NCBI GenBank assembly: GCA_041178425.1
Contig: JBEGVH010000031.1
Coordinates: forward strand, 96,001 to 160,000
Length of the DNA stretch: 64,000 bases
DNA from: Pseudomonadota bacterium
Lineage (GTDB): Bacteria > Bdellovibrionota > Bdellovibrionia > Bdellovibrionales > Bdellovibrionaceae
Direction: 5' to 3'
The notes below the pieces were generated by a model. That model did not search any database. It had not been told where the DNA came from and saw only the letters and a program-made list of their open reading frames with translations. This document shows positions 12,912-21,217 of the stretch, piece by piece (position 1 is the first letter of the stretch; every line of letters begins with the position of its first letter). Both the position numbers and the translations under genes were made by a program.

Positions 12912-14474
12912 ATGTTTTTAACAACGATTGTATTTTTACCTGTAGTTTTTGCTCTTATTCTTTTGATTTGGCCGAGCGAAAAAACATTGAGACCACTAGC
13001 CTTAGCGTTCAGCTTGGTGGAGCTAGCGATCAGTTTGCTCGTTCTTCAAATGTTTGATCCAAGCTCAGCTAAGATTCAGCTTGTAGAGAACTATGCTTGG
13101 ATTGAGCGTTTTGGAATTCGGTACTTTCTTGGTATCGACGGAATTTCACTTTGGCTTGTTTTATTAACAACGTTCCTCTTGCCAGTGACAATACTTGGAA
13201 GCTGGAAAGCGATTCAAGAGCGGGTTAAGGGATTTCATATTTCTTTGTTCATCTTGCAAACAGCCATGCTTGGTACTTTTTTAGCCCTCGATGGAGTCTT
13301 TTTCTATTTGTTTTGGGAACTCTCTCTTGTGCCAATGTACTTTATTATTGGAATTTGGGGTGGGGCCCGACGCATTTATGCAACGGTTAAGTTTTTTATC
13401 TATACAATGATTGGCTCTGTATTAATGCTTGTGGCTCTCATTTATTTGATGCTTCTAACTCAGGAAGCGACTGGCCAAATGAGTGCAAGCATCCTCGATT
13501 TTTACAAACTCGACATACCTTTTATTAATGGTCAGTTTTTGAGTCCGCAAACCTTAATGTTTTTTGCTTTCGCATTGGCGTTTGCGATTAAAGTTCCAGC
13601 CTTTCCATTTCATACCTGGTTGCCAGATGCCCACGTTGAGGCTCCCACTCCAGGTTCGGTCATCCTTGCGGGTGTAATGCTAAAAATGGGTACCTATGGA
13701 TTTCTTCGTTGGGCCATTCCCATTTTTCCTCAAGCTGCACAACATTACGCGTGGGTATTTTTCGTTATTGGTGCTGTTGGAATCGTTTACGGCGCCTGGG
13801 TAGCTATGGTTCAGCCCGATGTTAAGAAGCTCGTTGCTTATTCATCAGTCTCTCACATGGGCTATGTCCTTTTGGGTATGTTTGCGATGAATATTCAAGG
13901 GGTGTCGGGTGCCCTTTATCAAATGCTAAACCACGGTATTAGTACAGGAGCTCTCTTCTTACTAATCGGTATGATTTACGAGAGAACCCATACGCGAATG
14001 ATTAGCAAATATGGTGGTCTGGCTAGCAAGATGCCGATCTATACTATCTTTTTCTTTATTGCGCTTTTATCGAGTATAGCGGTGCCGCTAACAAATGGCT
14101 TTATCGGTGAGTTTCTTATTCTCTTCGGAACCTTCAAGGCGAATACGATCATTGGCTCTATCGCAGTGACCGGTGTCGTTTTTGGTGCTGTTTATATGCT
14201 ATGGATGTTTAAACGAGTATTTTTTGGAAAACCTGGCGAGGTTGTAGATGATGAACACCATCCGCTCGAAGACCTTTCAGTGAGAGAAATTACTGTGCTC
14301 GTTCCTTTGATGATTTTAGTTTTCTGGATGGGTATTTTTCCAGGACATTTTCTGAAGTACTCAGAGGCCAGCCTCAATCATTTTATTGAAAATCACCAGA
14401 ACTACCAACTTTCTGTGTTGGATCACTCAGCCGAAACTCAGGTAGCAGTAAAGGATCAGACTTATGGAAATTAA
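12912..14474 (+). CDS. nuoM: NADH-quinone oxidoreductase subunit M
   Basis: HTWLPDAHVEAPT, LKMGTYG, AYSSVSHMG. Confidence 0.97.
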   Translation: MFLTTIVFLPVVFALILLIWPSEKTLRPLALAFSLVELAISLLVLQMFDPSSAKIQLVENYAWIERFGIRYFLGIDGISLWLVLLTTFLLPVTILGSWKAIQERVKGFHISLFILQTAMLGTFLALDGVFFYLFWELSLVPMYFIIGIWGGARRIYATVKFFIYTMIGSVLMLVALIYLMLLTQEATGQMSASILDFYKLDIPFINGQFLSPQTLMFFAFALAFAIKVPAFPFHTWLPDAHVEAPTPGSVILAGVMLKMGTYGFLRWAIPIFPQAAQHYAWVFFVIGAVGIVYGAWVAMVQPDVKKLVAYSSVSHMGYVLLGMFAMNIQGVSGALYQMLNHGISTGALFLLIGMIYERTHTRMISKYGGLASKMPIYTIFFFIALLSSIAVPLTNGFIGEFLILFGTFKANTIIGSIAVTGVVFGAVYMLWMFKRVFFGKPGEVVDDEHHPLEDLSVREITVLVPLMILVFWMGIFPGHFLKYSEASLNHFIENHQNYQLSVLDHSAETQVAVKDQTYGN

Positions 14475-15927
14475 TTTAGGGCTTCAAGACCTTTTAAGAA
14501 TTACTCCACTCATTGCTCTCTTTATTACTAGCTTGCTTCCTATCTCAATAAAGGTGTTGAACGGCAACAAGGAACCGAATCCTCTTGTTGCGCTTTCGAT
14601 TGGGCTGTTAGGCTCCCTTGTAAGCGCTATGTTTCTTGGTATTTTTCAAGGTGAGGGTAACCCTGCATTTCATCGTGCTCTTGTGTTTGATGGATTGACC
14701 TTTTGGGTGGGTATCTCTGCTTTGATTGTCACGATGGGGGCATTGTTGTTGGCCTACGAAAGCCCATCAACAGACAAGAATCTTTTTTCTGAGTACGTGT
14801 TTTTGTTGCTCAGTTCGGCGCTTGGAATGCTAGTGTTAATATCGGCTCTTGATTTGCTGGTAGTGTTCATTGGACTCGAGATCATGTCGCTTTCCCTTTA
14901 CCTGTTGATCGCTATGGGTAGTGAACAGAAGCTCAGTAAAGAATCTGCATTTAAATACTTTCTATTAGGAAGCTTTGCTTCCGCTATAATGCTTTATGGC
15001 GTGTCGTTTCTCTACGGGACGGCTGGATCAACATACATTTCTGATATTGTTGAAAGGGCGCCTGATTTCATTTCTTCAAGTCGGCTTTTTCTTATTGGGG
15101 TTGGCCTTGTTATTGTTGGATTTTGTTTCAAGGTTTCCATTGTTCCTTTTCATGCTTGGACACCAGACGTTTACCAGGGTGCTGCAACGCCATTGTCAGC
15201 TTATATGTCGACGGCCGTTAAATTGGGTTCAATGGCCGCGTTTTTGCGCTTTGTAACAATAAAGCCGCTCGCGTACTCTGAAAACTTATTAGATATTGTT
15301 CAGTGGCTCGCCGTTCTTACTATGATTGTGGGTAACGTCGCAGCGATTCGGCAAGAGAGTGTTAAGAGAATGCTTGCCTACTCTTCAGTCGCTCACTCAG
15401 GCTATCTATTGGTGGGCGTACTTTCGAGCTCGATTAGTGCGAATAGCTCTTTTGCCCAGTCGGGTGTGATTTTCTACTTAATCAGCTATGCGATTATGAC
15501 ATTTGGTGCCTTTGCCGTTGTTAATATTTTCGAAGTCAACGAGAACACTCAGCTTTTGGTGGGTGATATGGCAGGCTTCTCAAAACGAAGACCTGTTCTG
15601 GCGTTTTGCTTAACTTTATTTTTGCTTTCATTGGCGGGCATTCCACCAACGGTTGGATTTTTTGGTAAATTCTATTTATTCTCTGCTGCTTTAGCTGAAG
15701 GAAGATTATGGGCCGTTCTTTGGGGGGTCATTAACTCCGTCATTAGCGTGTACTATTACCTCCGCCCGATTGTGTTGATGTATATGCATGATAGCAACAA
15801 AGAAGAAGACGCCGAGCGCTCCATTCCTGCCACGGAAATTGCTATTGTTGTCACAATGATTCTAGTGGTGAGCCTTGGATTTTTTAGCGATTACCTCTTC
15901 AAGGCTGTTGAGAAGTCCCTCTTATAA
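14464..15927 (+). CDS. nuoN: NADH-quinone oxidoreductase subunit N
   Basis: PFHAWTPDVYQGA, KRMLAYSS, SLAGIPPTVGFFGK. Confidence 0.97.
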   Translation: MEINLGLQDLLRITPLIALFITSLLPISIKVLNGNKEPNPLVALSIGLLGSLVSAMFLGIFQGEGNPAFHRALVFDGLTFWVGISALIVTMGALLLAYESPSTDKNLFSEYVFLLLSSALGMLVLISALDLLVVFIGLEIMSLSLYLLIAMGSEQKLSKESAFKYFLLGSFASAIMLYGVSFLYGTAGSTYISDIVERAPDFISSSRLFLIGVGLVIVGFCFKVSIVPFHAWTPDVYQGAATPLSAYMSTAVKLGSMAAFLRFVTIKPLAYSENLLDIVQWLAVLTMIVGNVAAIRQESVKRMLAYSSVAHSGYLLVGVLSSSISANSSFAQSGVIFYLISYAIMTFGAFAVVNIFEVNENTQLLVGDMAGFSKRRPVLAFCLTLFLLSLAGIPPTVGFFGKFYLFSAALAEGRLWAVLWGVINSVISVYYYLRPIVLMYMHDSNKEEDAERSIPATEIAIVVTMILVVSLGFFSDYLFKAVEKSLL

Positions 15928-17121
15928 GCCATATTTTCTCATGGTAGAGATCGCAGATTTGAAACCTATTCTTGCGATCTTTGCCATAATCTTTGGATTT
16001 AGGCTAAAGTGATCCACGAAAAACATCTCGTAGTTCTGTGGCCGAGGATGAATGTACATATAATCTACATTGGGCTTATAATTCACTTTCTGTTCAATAA
16101 TTTCTAAAATTTTGCTTCGATGTTCTTTATCGACATGAGCTTGGCGTAAATAACCCTCAACGGCATTATAGATAAGCCTGATTTCCTGTTGGTGTTCGAT
16201 ATGTTTTTCGATCTTTTGTTGAATTACCTGATAGAGAGCTTGATTCATTATGACGGGAATTCCGTACTGATGGAGACTGCCCATTTCGGGAGTAAAGTGG
16301 TATGGCTGAACGGAATAACTCGAAATGACCAGATCGGCGCCGTGATCAACGGCCACGTGAGTTGAGAGAGTGTCACGGATTTCCCCATCGAAAAAGAACA
16401 TTTCTTTTCCATCTTTTTGTTTAATGCCATAGGGCGCATAAACCGGCGGTAGTGAAGCAGACGCAGCGACGGCTTCGCTAATCTTCGCATAATTAGAGTA
16501 GAGAATTTTTTTATCCTTAGACGCTTCATCGAAGTTTCCAAAGATAACTTTGCGAGAGTGGTTAAGTTGGGTTCCGATAATGAAGAGTTCAACTCCGAGT
16601 CGTTCGAAATCATTCACTGGTAGTACATATTTGCGAAGATAGGATTCTACTCCTCGGGTGGTGAAAAGGCCATTAATGGAAAAAGCATGTTTTAAAAGAG
16701 ACTCCCATCCACCAGAGAGGACGGATCTTCGCTTTAAAAAATTAGGCACAGACTTCATAAGCCCTTGGGTGTTGAGTGCAAACATGTGGCGATAGCTTAA
16801 GGGCTTTAATTCGTTGATACCGAACTCATCAAAAACCTTATTATAACCAAGTCCCACTTCGAAAGCATTAACGAGGCTTTCAATGGTGTACCCAGAAGCC
16901 AAAACCGCACTGATGAAAGAGCCTGCGCTTGATCCGACATAGAGGCGAATGGTCATGGAGTCGTCGGGCCTTGAAACTCTCTGAATAGACTCAGGCGTTC
17001 CCCCCAGAAACCGAAACCCCTTTTCTTTAAGGGCCAAACAAACGCCAATATGAAAGGCAGCGGCCTTAATTCCACCACCGCTAAGGACTAGTGCTATTTT
17101 CTTTTTCTCTTTAATTTTCAT
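15922..17121 (-). CDS. Patatin-like phospholipase family protein
   Basis: LVLSGGG oxyanion motif, GSSAG nucleophile, FFDGE catalytic Asp motif. Confidence 0.9.
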   Translation of the reverse strand: MKIKEKKKIALVLSGGGIKAAAFHIGVCLALKEKGFRFLGGTPESIQRVSRPDDSMTIRLYVGSSAGSFISAVLASGYTIESLVNAFEVGLGYNKVFDEFGINELKPLSYRHMFALNTQGLMKSVPNFLKRRSVLSGGWESLLKHAFSINGLFTTRGVESYLRKYVLPVNDFERLGVELFIIGTQLNHSRKVIFGNFDEASKDKKILYSNYAKISEAVAASASLPPVYAPYGIKQKDGKEMFFFDGEIRDTLSTHVAVDHGADLVISSYSVQPYHFTPEMGSLHQYGIPVIMNQALYQVIQQKIEKHIEHQQEIRLIYNAVEGYLRQAHVDKEHRSKILEIIEQKVNYKPNVDYMYIHPRPQNYEMFFVDHFSLNPKIMAKIARIGFKSAISTMRKYGL

Positions 17122-17254
17122 TACTTCTGTATCTCATAGGTTCGATGTCAAAAAAACACCACATGCGTCGATAAATAAAATCAGTTGGCCACTAAGACAA
17201 TAAAGTTGGTGAGTAGGCTTGAGTATTCAAATGCCCTTAAATTAAACACCATTG

Positions 17255-17282
17255 TGTGGAAATCTGTGAATTCTGTGGATAA
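17255..17282 (-). promoter_or_regulatory. DnaA-box cluster 1 (one perfect, two degenerate, co-oriented)
   Basis: TGTGGATAA at 17274-17282 is the exact reverse complement of TTATCCACA; TGTGGAAAT 17255-17263 and TGTGAATTC 17265-17273 abut it. Confidence 0.65.
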
Positions 17283-17316
17283 CTTTCATCTTTAGCTTAG
17301 CCGAACAAGACAAACC

Positions 17317-17433
17317 TGAGTACCCACTGACTATTCAATGACTACTCATGGATAGTCAGTGGGTATTCAATGGATACTCACTTGACCACTCTGACTACTC
17401 ACTGACTATCCATTGAGTATTCATGACTATCCA
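17317..17433. repeat. Tandem array of 11 palindromic decamers, consensus TGRNTANYCA, about 11 bp period
   Basis: Units start at 17317, 17328, 17339, 17349, 17360, 17371, 17383 (degenerate), 17392, 17403, 17414 and 17424; satellite copies at 17220, 17468, 17479, 17531 and 17543. Confidence 0.92.
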
Positions 17434-17491
17434 AAATTGCGATTTTTAAATGATAAAAGGCATTAAATGAGTACTCATTGAGTAATCAATT

Positions 17492-17530
17492 TGTGGGAAT
17501 GGCTGTGGATAATGTGGATATCGTGGAAAC
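17492..17530 (-). promoter_or_regulatory. DnaA-box cluster 2 (one perfect, one 1-mismatch, two degenerate)
   Basis: TGTGGATAA 17504-17512, TGTGGATAT 17513-17521, CGTGGAAAC 17522-17530, TGTGGGAAT 17492-17500. Confidence 0.65.
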
Positions 17531-17625
17531 TGACTACTCAATTGAATAGTCATTGCCTTTGGTACAAAATTTTTTCATACTCGCGACCGCTTCGCAGGTT
17601 AGAAGCGCCGTAGGGGGATAAGTTT

Positions 17626-17997
17626 ATGGATCAGTGGCTGCCCGTTCTAGATTATGCGGTTAATAACCGAGTCAGTGTCAGCACATTGCGGCGCCGCATT
17701 AAATCCCAAACAGTTGAATACAAGCTTGAGCAGGGCCGTTACCTCATTCGAACGGAATTTCATCCAGAAGGTTCCGATGTTTTATCGGGGAGCGCGTCTG
17801 CCGACTCCATCATGGTGGTGCAAGGCTTGGTGTCTGAACTTAAGAAAGCGTATGGCTTAGTTTTGGCTGAAAAAGAGGAGCTCATTCAGCAGCTTCGCTC
17901 AGAGATAGAGACCCTGAGAAACATAAATAAATTTCTCGAGCTTCAGATCATGAATGACGGAAGAGTCCAAAGTAATTCCCAAGAATTAAACTACTAG
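17626..17997 (+). CDS. Small putative DNA-binding protein: N-terminal MerR/excisionase-like HTH plus C-terminal coiled coil
   Basis: WLPVLDYAVNNRVSVSTLRRRIKS...GRYLI winged-HTH-like pattern; heptad leucines in LRSEIETLRNINKFL; GGGGG RBS-like run before ATG. Confidence 0.7.
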   Translation: MDQWLPVLDYAVNNRVSVSTLRRRIKSQTVEYKLEQGRYLIRTEFHPEGSDVLSGSASADSIMVVQGLVSELKKAYGLVLAEKEELIQQLRSEIETLRNINKFLELQIMNDGRVQSNSQELNY

Positions 17998-18160
17998 TGT
18001 TTAGTTTTGGCCGACAATAATCAGGCCCAAAAGCCTAAGACCTTTGGTCGTAACATGAGTGTTATAGACCACCACTTTTAAGACTTTAAAAAAAACTCAG
18101 ACGACCGATGAGCTTCATGGCGAACTTTATCAAGGTTTGCCGAACCTCAAAGGAGTTTCC

Positions 18161-19441
18161 ATGGATGCGAAACGATTGCCGAGTTTAGTAATATTGTCTG
18201 CGATAGCACTGACACTCATTGGGTGCCAGCCTCCCCAAGAAAAAGCGTCGCTCATTATTGATGACCAAAATAGCCAATTTGCCGGAAAAGGATGCTATGG
18301 CCAATCACTCAAGGGTCGCTATCTCTTAACTTGGTCTGATGGAAGCGTTTCCCTTTTTAAGGGGTCGAGACAGCAGGTGGCTGAACTCGAACAACAATAC
18401 TCACCCAACAAAAAGCAGATTCTTATGATTGAGCAAGATCGCGAAATCAGCTTAAGAAATCTCAAAATAAATTCAGCAATAAGAACGCAATCACCAACTA
18501 TCAGTAGTGGAGTTTACTGGCAGGTTTGGGGGCAGGAAGACATTCAGGCTCAAGATCTCTGGAACCAAGGAATAAAAGGCGAGGGCGTTACCGTTGCTGT
18601 CATTGATACCGGCATTGATCTAACTCATCCGAGCTTGTCTGATAATATTTCAGTGAATGGGGGAGAAATTCCCAACAATCGTATTGATGATGATGGCAAT
18701 GGTCTTGTTGACGATTATCAAGGTTTCGATTTTGCTCACAAGATTCCTACGGCGCCAGCCGCGGATCACGGAACTCATGTGGCCGGAATTATTGTTGCTG
18801 AGCCAAGAAATAGTCCAATGGTGGGGGTTTCTCACAGGGCAAAAATTCTACCTCTCAACATAATGAGTGAGAATGGCGGTGGATCCTTGAGTGCCGCGGT
18901 TTTCGCTATTCAGTACGCAAAACAGCAGGGCGTGAAAGTGATCAATGCGAGCTGGGGCGGAGCTCTTTGTGCAGACACTCTTAAAAACACAATCAAATCT
19001 CTTGCCGACCATGATATTCTCTTTGTTTCCGCCGCTGGCAATGACGGTGTTGATATTGATGTTTATCCTGAATTTCCAGCCGGATTTGCGCTGCCAAATC
19101 AAATCACGGTGGGTGCCAGCGTGCAGTCGGGCCTCATGGCGGCCTTTTCAAATTACAGTCACAACAAAGTGCACGTGCTGGCCCCCGGTCACCAAATTTT
19201 GAGTTCAGTTCCCGGTGGATGGCTCCCTGCGAGTGGAACCAGCATGGCCGCTCCCTTTGTGTCGGGCTTGGCGGCACTCCTTTGGAGCAAGCATCCCGAG
19301 GCTACTCTCGCTCAAATTAAAAAAGCGATTACTACTTCGATCAATACGCCGAAGGAATACACTCCGGTGGTTGCAGGTGGTCGCATCAATGCTCCTTTAG
19401 CACTCGCCATGCTTGAGGCTCTCCTTAACGAAAAAGAGTAG
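18161..19441 (+). CDS. Subtilisin-like (S8) serine protease, predicted lipoprotein
   Basis: VAVIDTG, HGTHVAG, SGTSMAAP triad motifs; lipobox LIGC; AGGAG RBS before ATG 18161. Confidence 0.93.
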   Translation: MDAKRLPSLVILSAIALTLIGCQPPQEKASLIIDDQNSQFAGKGCYGQSLKGRYLLTWSDGSVSLFKGSRQQVAELEQQYSPNKKQILMIEQDREISLRNLKINSAIRTQSPTISSGVYWQVWGQEDIQAQDLWNQGIKGEGVTVAVIDTGIDLTHPSLSDNISVNGGEIPNNRIDDDGNGLVDDYQGFDFAHKIPTAPAADHGTHVAGIIVAEPRNSPMVGVSHRAKILPLNIMSENGGGSLSAAVFAIQYAKQQGVKVINASWGGALCADTLKNTIKSLADHDILFVSAAGNDGVDIDVYPEFPAGFALPNQITVGASVQSGLMAAFSNYSHNKVHVLAPGHQILSSVPGGWLPASGTSMAAPFVSGLAALLWSKHPEATLAQIKKAITTSINTPKEYTPVVAGGRINAPLALAMLEALLNEKE

Positions 19442-19469
19442 CCGAGCGCTCTCTCTATATATTGTGGTA

Positions 19470-19505
19470 TAAAAACCACAATAAAAACCTCACTAAAAAC
19501 CTCAC
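19470..19505. repeat. 3 x 12 bp tandem repeat TAAAAACC(A/T)CA(A/C)
   Basis: TAAAAACCACAA TAAAAACCTCAC TAAAAACCTCAC read directly. Confidence 0.7.
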
Positions 19506-19661
19506 GGCTAAGAAAATTCATTCGAATTTAAAGGGAGGCTGCTTCACAGCTTCCCAAAACACCCTTTTTAGGCAGATTATGTCCCAATCCGTAGAGTGAT
19601 CGTAACTTCCTGGAAATCGGAGATTTTTTAGGGGCGGTCACAAAAAAAGGGGAGTCCATTT

Positions 19662-21215
19662 GTGAGTACAATTCAAGATAAACTGAATGATTTAGAGATT
19701 CGTAATGCAAAGGCGATGGAAGGCGGAGGAGCTAGTCGTCGGGAAAAACACAAGCAGGGTGGTCGCCTTACAGCGCGCGAGCGCTTGGATGTTCTCCTCG
19801 ATCCAGGTAGCTTTGTTGAAACGGATCGCTTTATCAACCATCGCTGTACTCATTTTGAAATGGCAAACAATAAGTTTCCGGGCGATGGAGTTATTACCGG
19901 TTATGGTCGCGTTAATGGAAAAACAGTTTTTGTTTTTAGCCAAGATTTTACGGTGCTTGGTGGAAGTATGTCGCGCACTCAAGCCAACAAAATTATTAAA
20001 ATTATGGATATGGCCATCAAAGCTGGCGCGCCCGTCATTGGCATCAATGATTCAGGTGGAGCGAGAATTCAAGAAGGCGTTGAAGCTCTTGGCGGATATG
20101 CAGATATCTTTTTGAGAAACACAATGGCTTCGGGTGTAATTCCTCAAATCAGCGCGATCATGGGCCCCTGTGCCGGGGGAGCGGTATACAGCCCGAGCAT
20201 CACAGACTTTGTGTTTATGGTGAAGGATACCAGCTACATGTTTGTGACTGGACCGGATGTTATCAAGGCGGTCACACACGAAGAGGTAACAAAAGAGCAA
20301 TTGGGAGGCGCGAGCACTCACAGTGCAAAATCGGGGGTCGCACATTTTGCTTGTGACACCGACAAACACACGCTTCTCATGATAAGAGAGCTTCTTAATT
20401 TCGTGCCCGGAAACAATTTGGATGAGCCGCCAATACTTGCCAATAAAGACAAGCCGGATCGCCTCTGTGAAGCTCTCAACGACATGATCCCCGATAATCC
20501 TAAAAAACCTTACGACATGCTTAAACTCATTAAAGAGGTCGTCGATGAGGGTTACTTCTTAGAGGTTCATCAAAACTACGCTGGAAACATCATTGTAGGT
20601 TTTGCCCGAATGAATGGTCGAAGTCTTGGGATTGTTGCGAACCAACCGCAAGTGCTCGCGGGATGTTTAAATATTGAAGCGAGTCGAAAAGCAGCGCGCT
20701 TTATTCGATTTTGTGACGCCTTTAATATTCCCATCGTTTCGTTTGTTGATGTTCCTGGATTTTTGCCTGGAACTGATCAGGAGTATAACGGAATTATCAC
20801 TCATGGTGCGAAACTCCTTTATGCCTATGCAGAGGCAACAGTGCCTAAGGTGACTCTCATTACTCGAAAGGCCTACGGTGGAGCTTATATCGTTATGGGC
20901 TCTAAGCTTCTCAGATCCGATGTCAACCTTGCCTACCCTTGCGCAGAGATTGCGGTTATGGGTGCTGATGGGGCTGTGAACATTATCTTTAGAGATAAAA
21001 TTGCAAAAGCCACTGACCCAGTCGCAGAAAGGCAACGACTAACCAAGGAATATGAAGAGAAGTTTAGTAACCCTTATGTGTCTGCAGAGCTTGGTTATAC
21101 TGATGAGGTTATTGAGCCGTCGATGACTCGCTTGAGAATCATCGAAGCACTTGAGATGCTGAAAACTAAAAAAGACGTCAACCCACCTAAAAAACATGGG
21201 AATATTCCCCTCTAA
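19662..21215 (+). CDS. pccB: Acyl-CoA (propionyl-CoA-type) carboxylase carboxyltransferase subunit beta
   Basis: [37 protein letters not shown]. Confidence 0.93.
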   Translation: MSTIQDKLNDLEIRNAKAMEGGGASRREKHKQGGRLTARERLDVLLDPGSFVETDRFINHRCTHFEMANNKFPGDGVITGYGRVNGKTVFVFSQDFTVLGGSMSRTQANKIIKIMDMAIKAGAPVIGINDSGGARIQEGVEALGGYADIFLRNTMASGVIPQISAIMGPCAGGAVYSPSITDFVFMVKDTSYMFVTGPDVIKAVTHEEVTKEQLGGASTHSAKSGVAHFACDTDKHTLLMIRELLNFVPGNNLDEPPILANKDKPDRLCEALNDMIPDNPKKPYDMLKLIKEVVDEGYFLEVHQNYAGNIIVGFARMNGRSLGIVANQPQVLAGCLNIEASRKAARFIRFCDAFNIPIVSFVDVPGFLPGTDQEYNGIITHGAKLLYAYAEATVPKVTLITRKAYGGAYIVMGSKLLRSDVNLAYPCAEIAVMGADGAVNIIFRDKIAKATDPVAERQRLTKEYEEKFSNPYVSAELGYTDEVIEPSMTRLRIIEALEMLKTKKDVNPPKKHGNIPL

Positions 21216-21217
21216 GG

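Noticed and set aside
15922..15927. Overlapping stop codons of convergent nuoN and patatin genes (also at 52433-52436)
   Set aside because: Common in compact genomes; no further signal
17317..17433. CRISPR array interpretation of the repeats
   Set aside because: Units are 10 bp with 0-2 bp gaps, there are no unique spacers, and no cas genes are in the window
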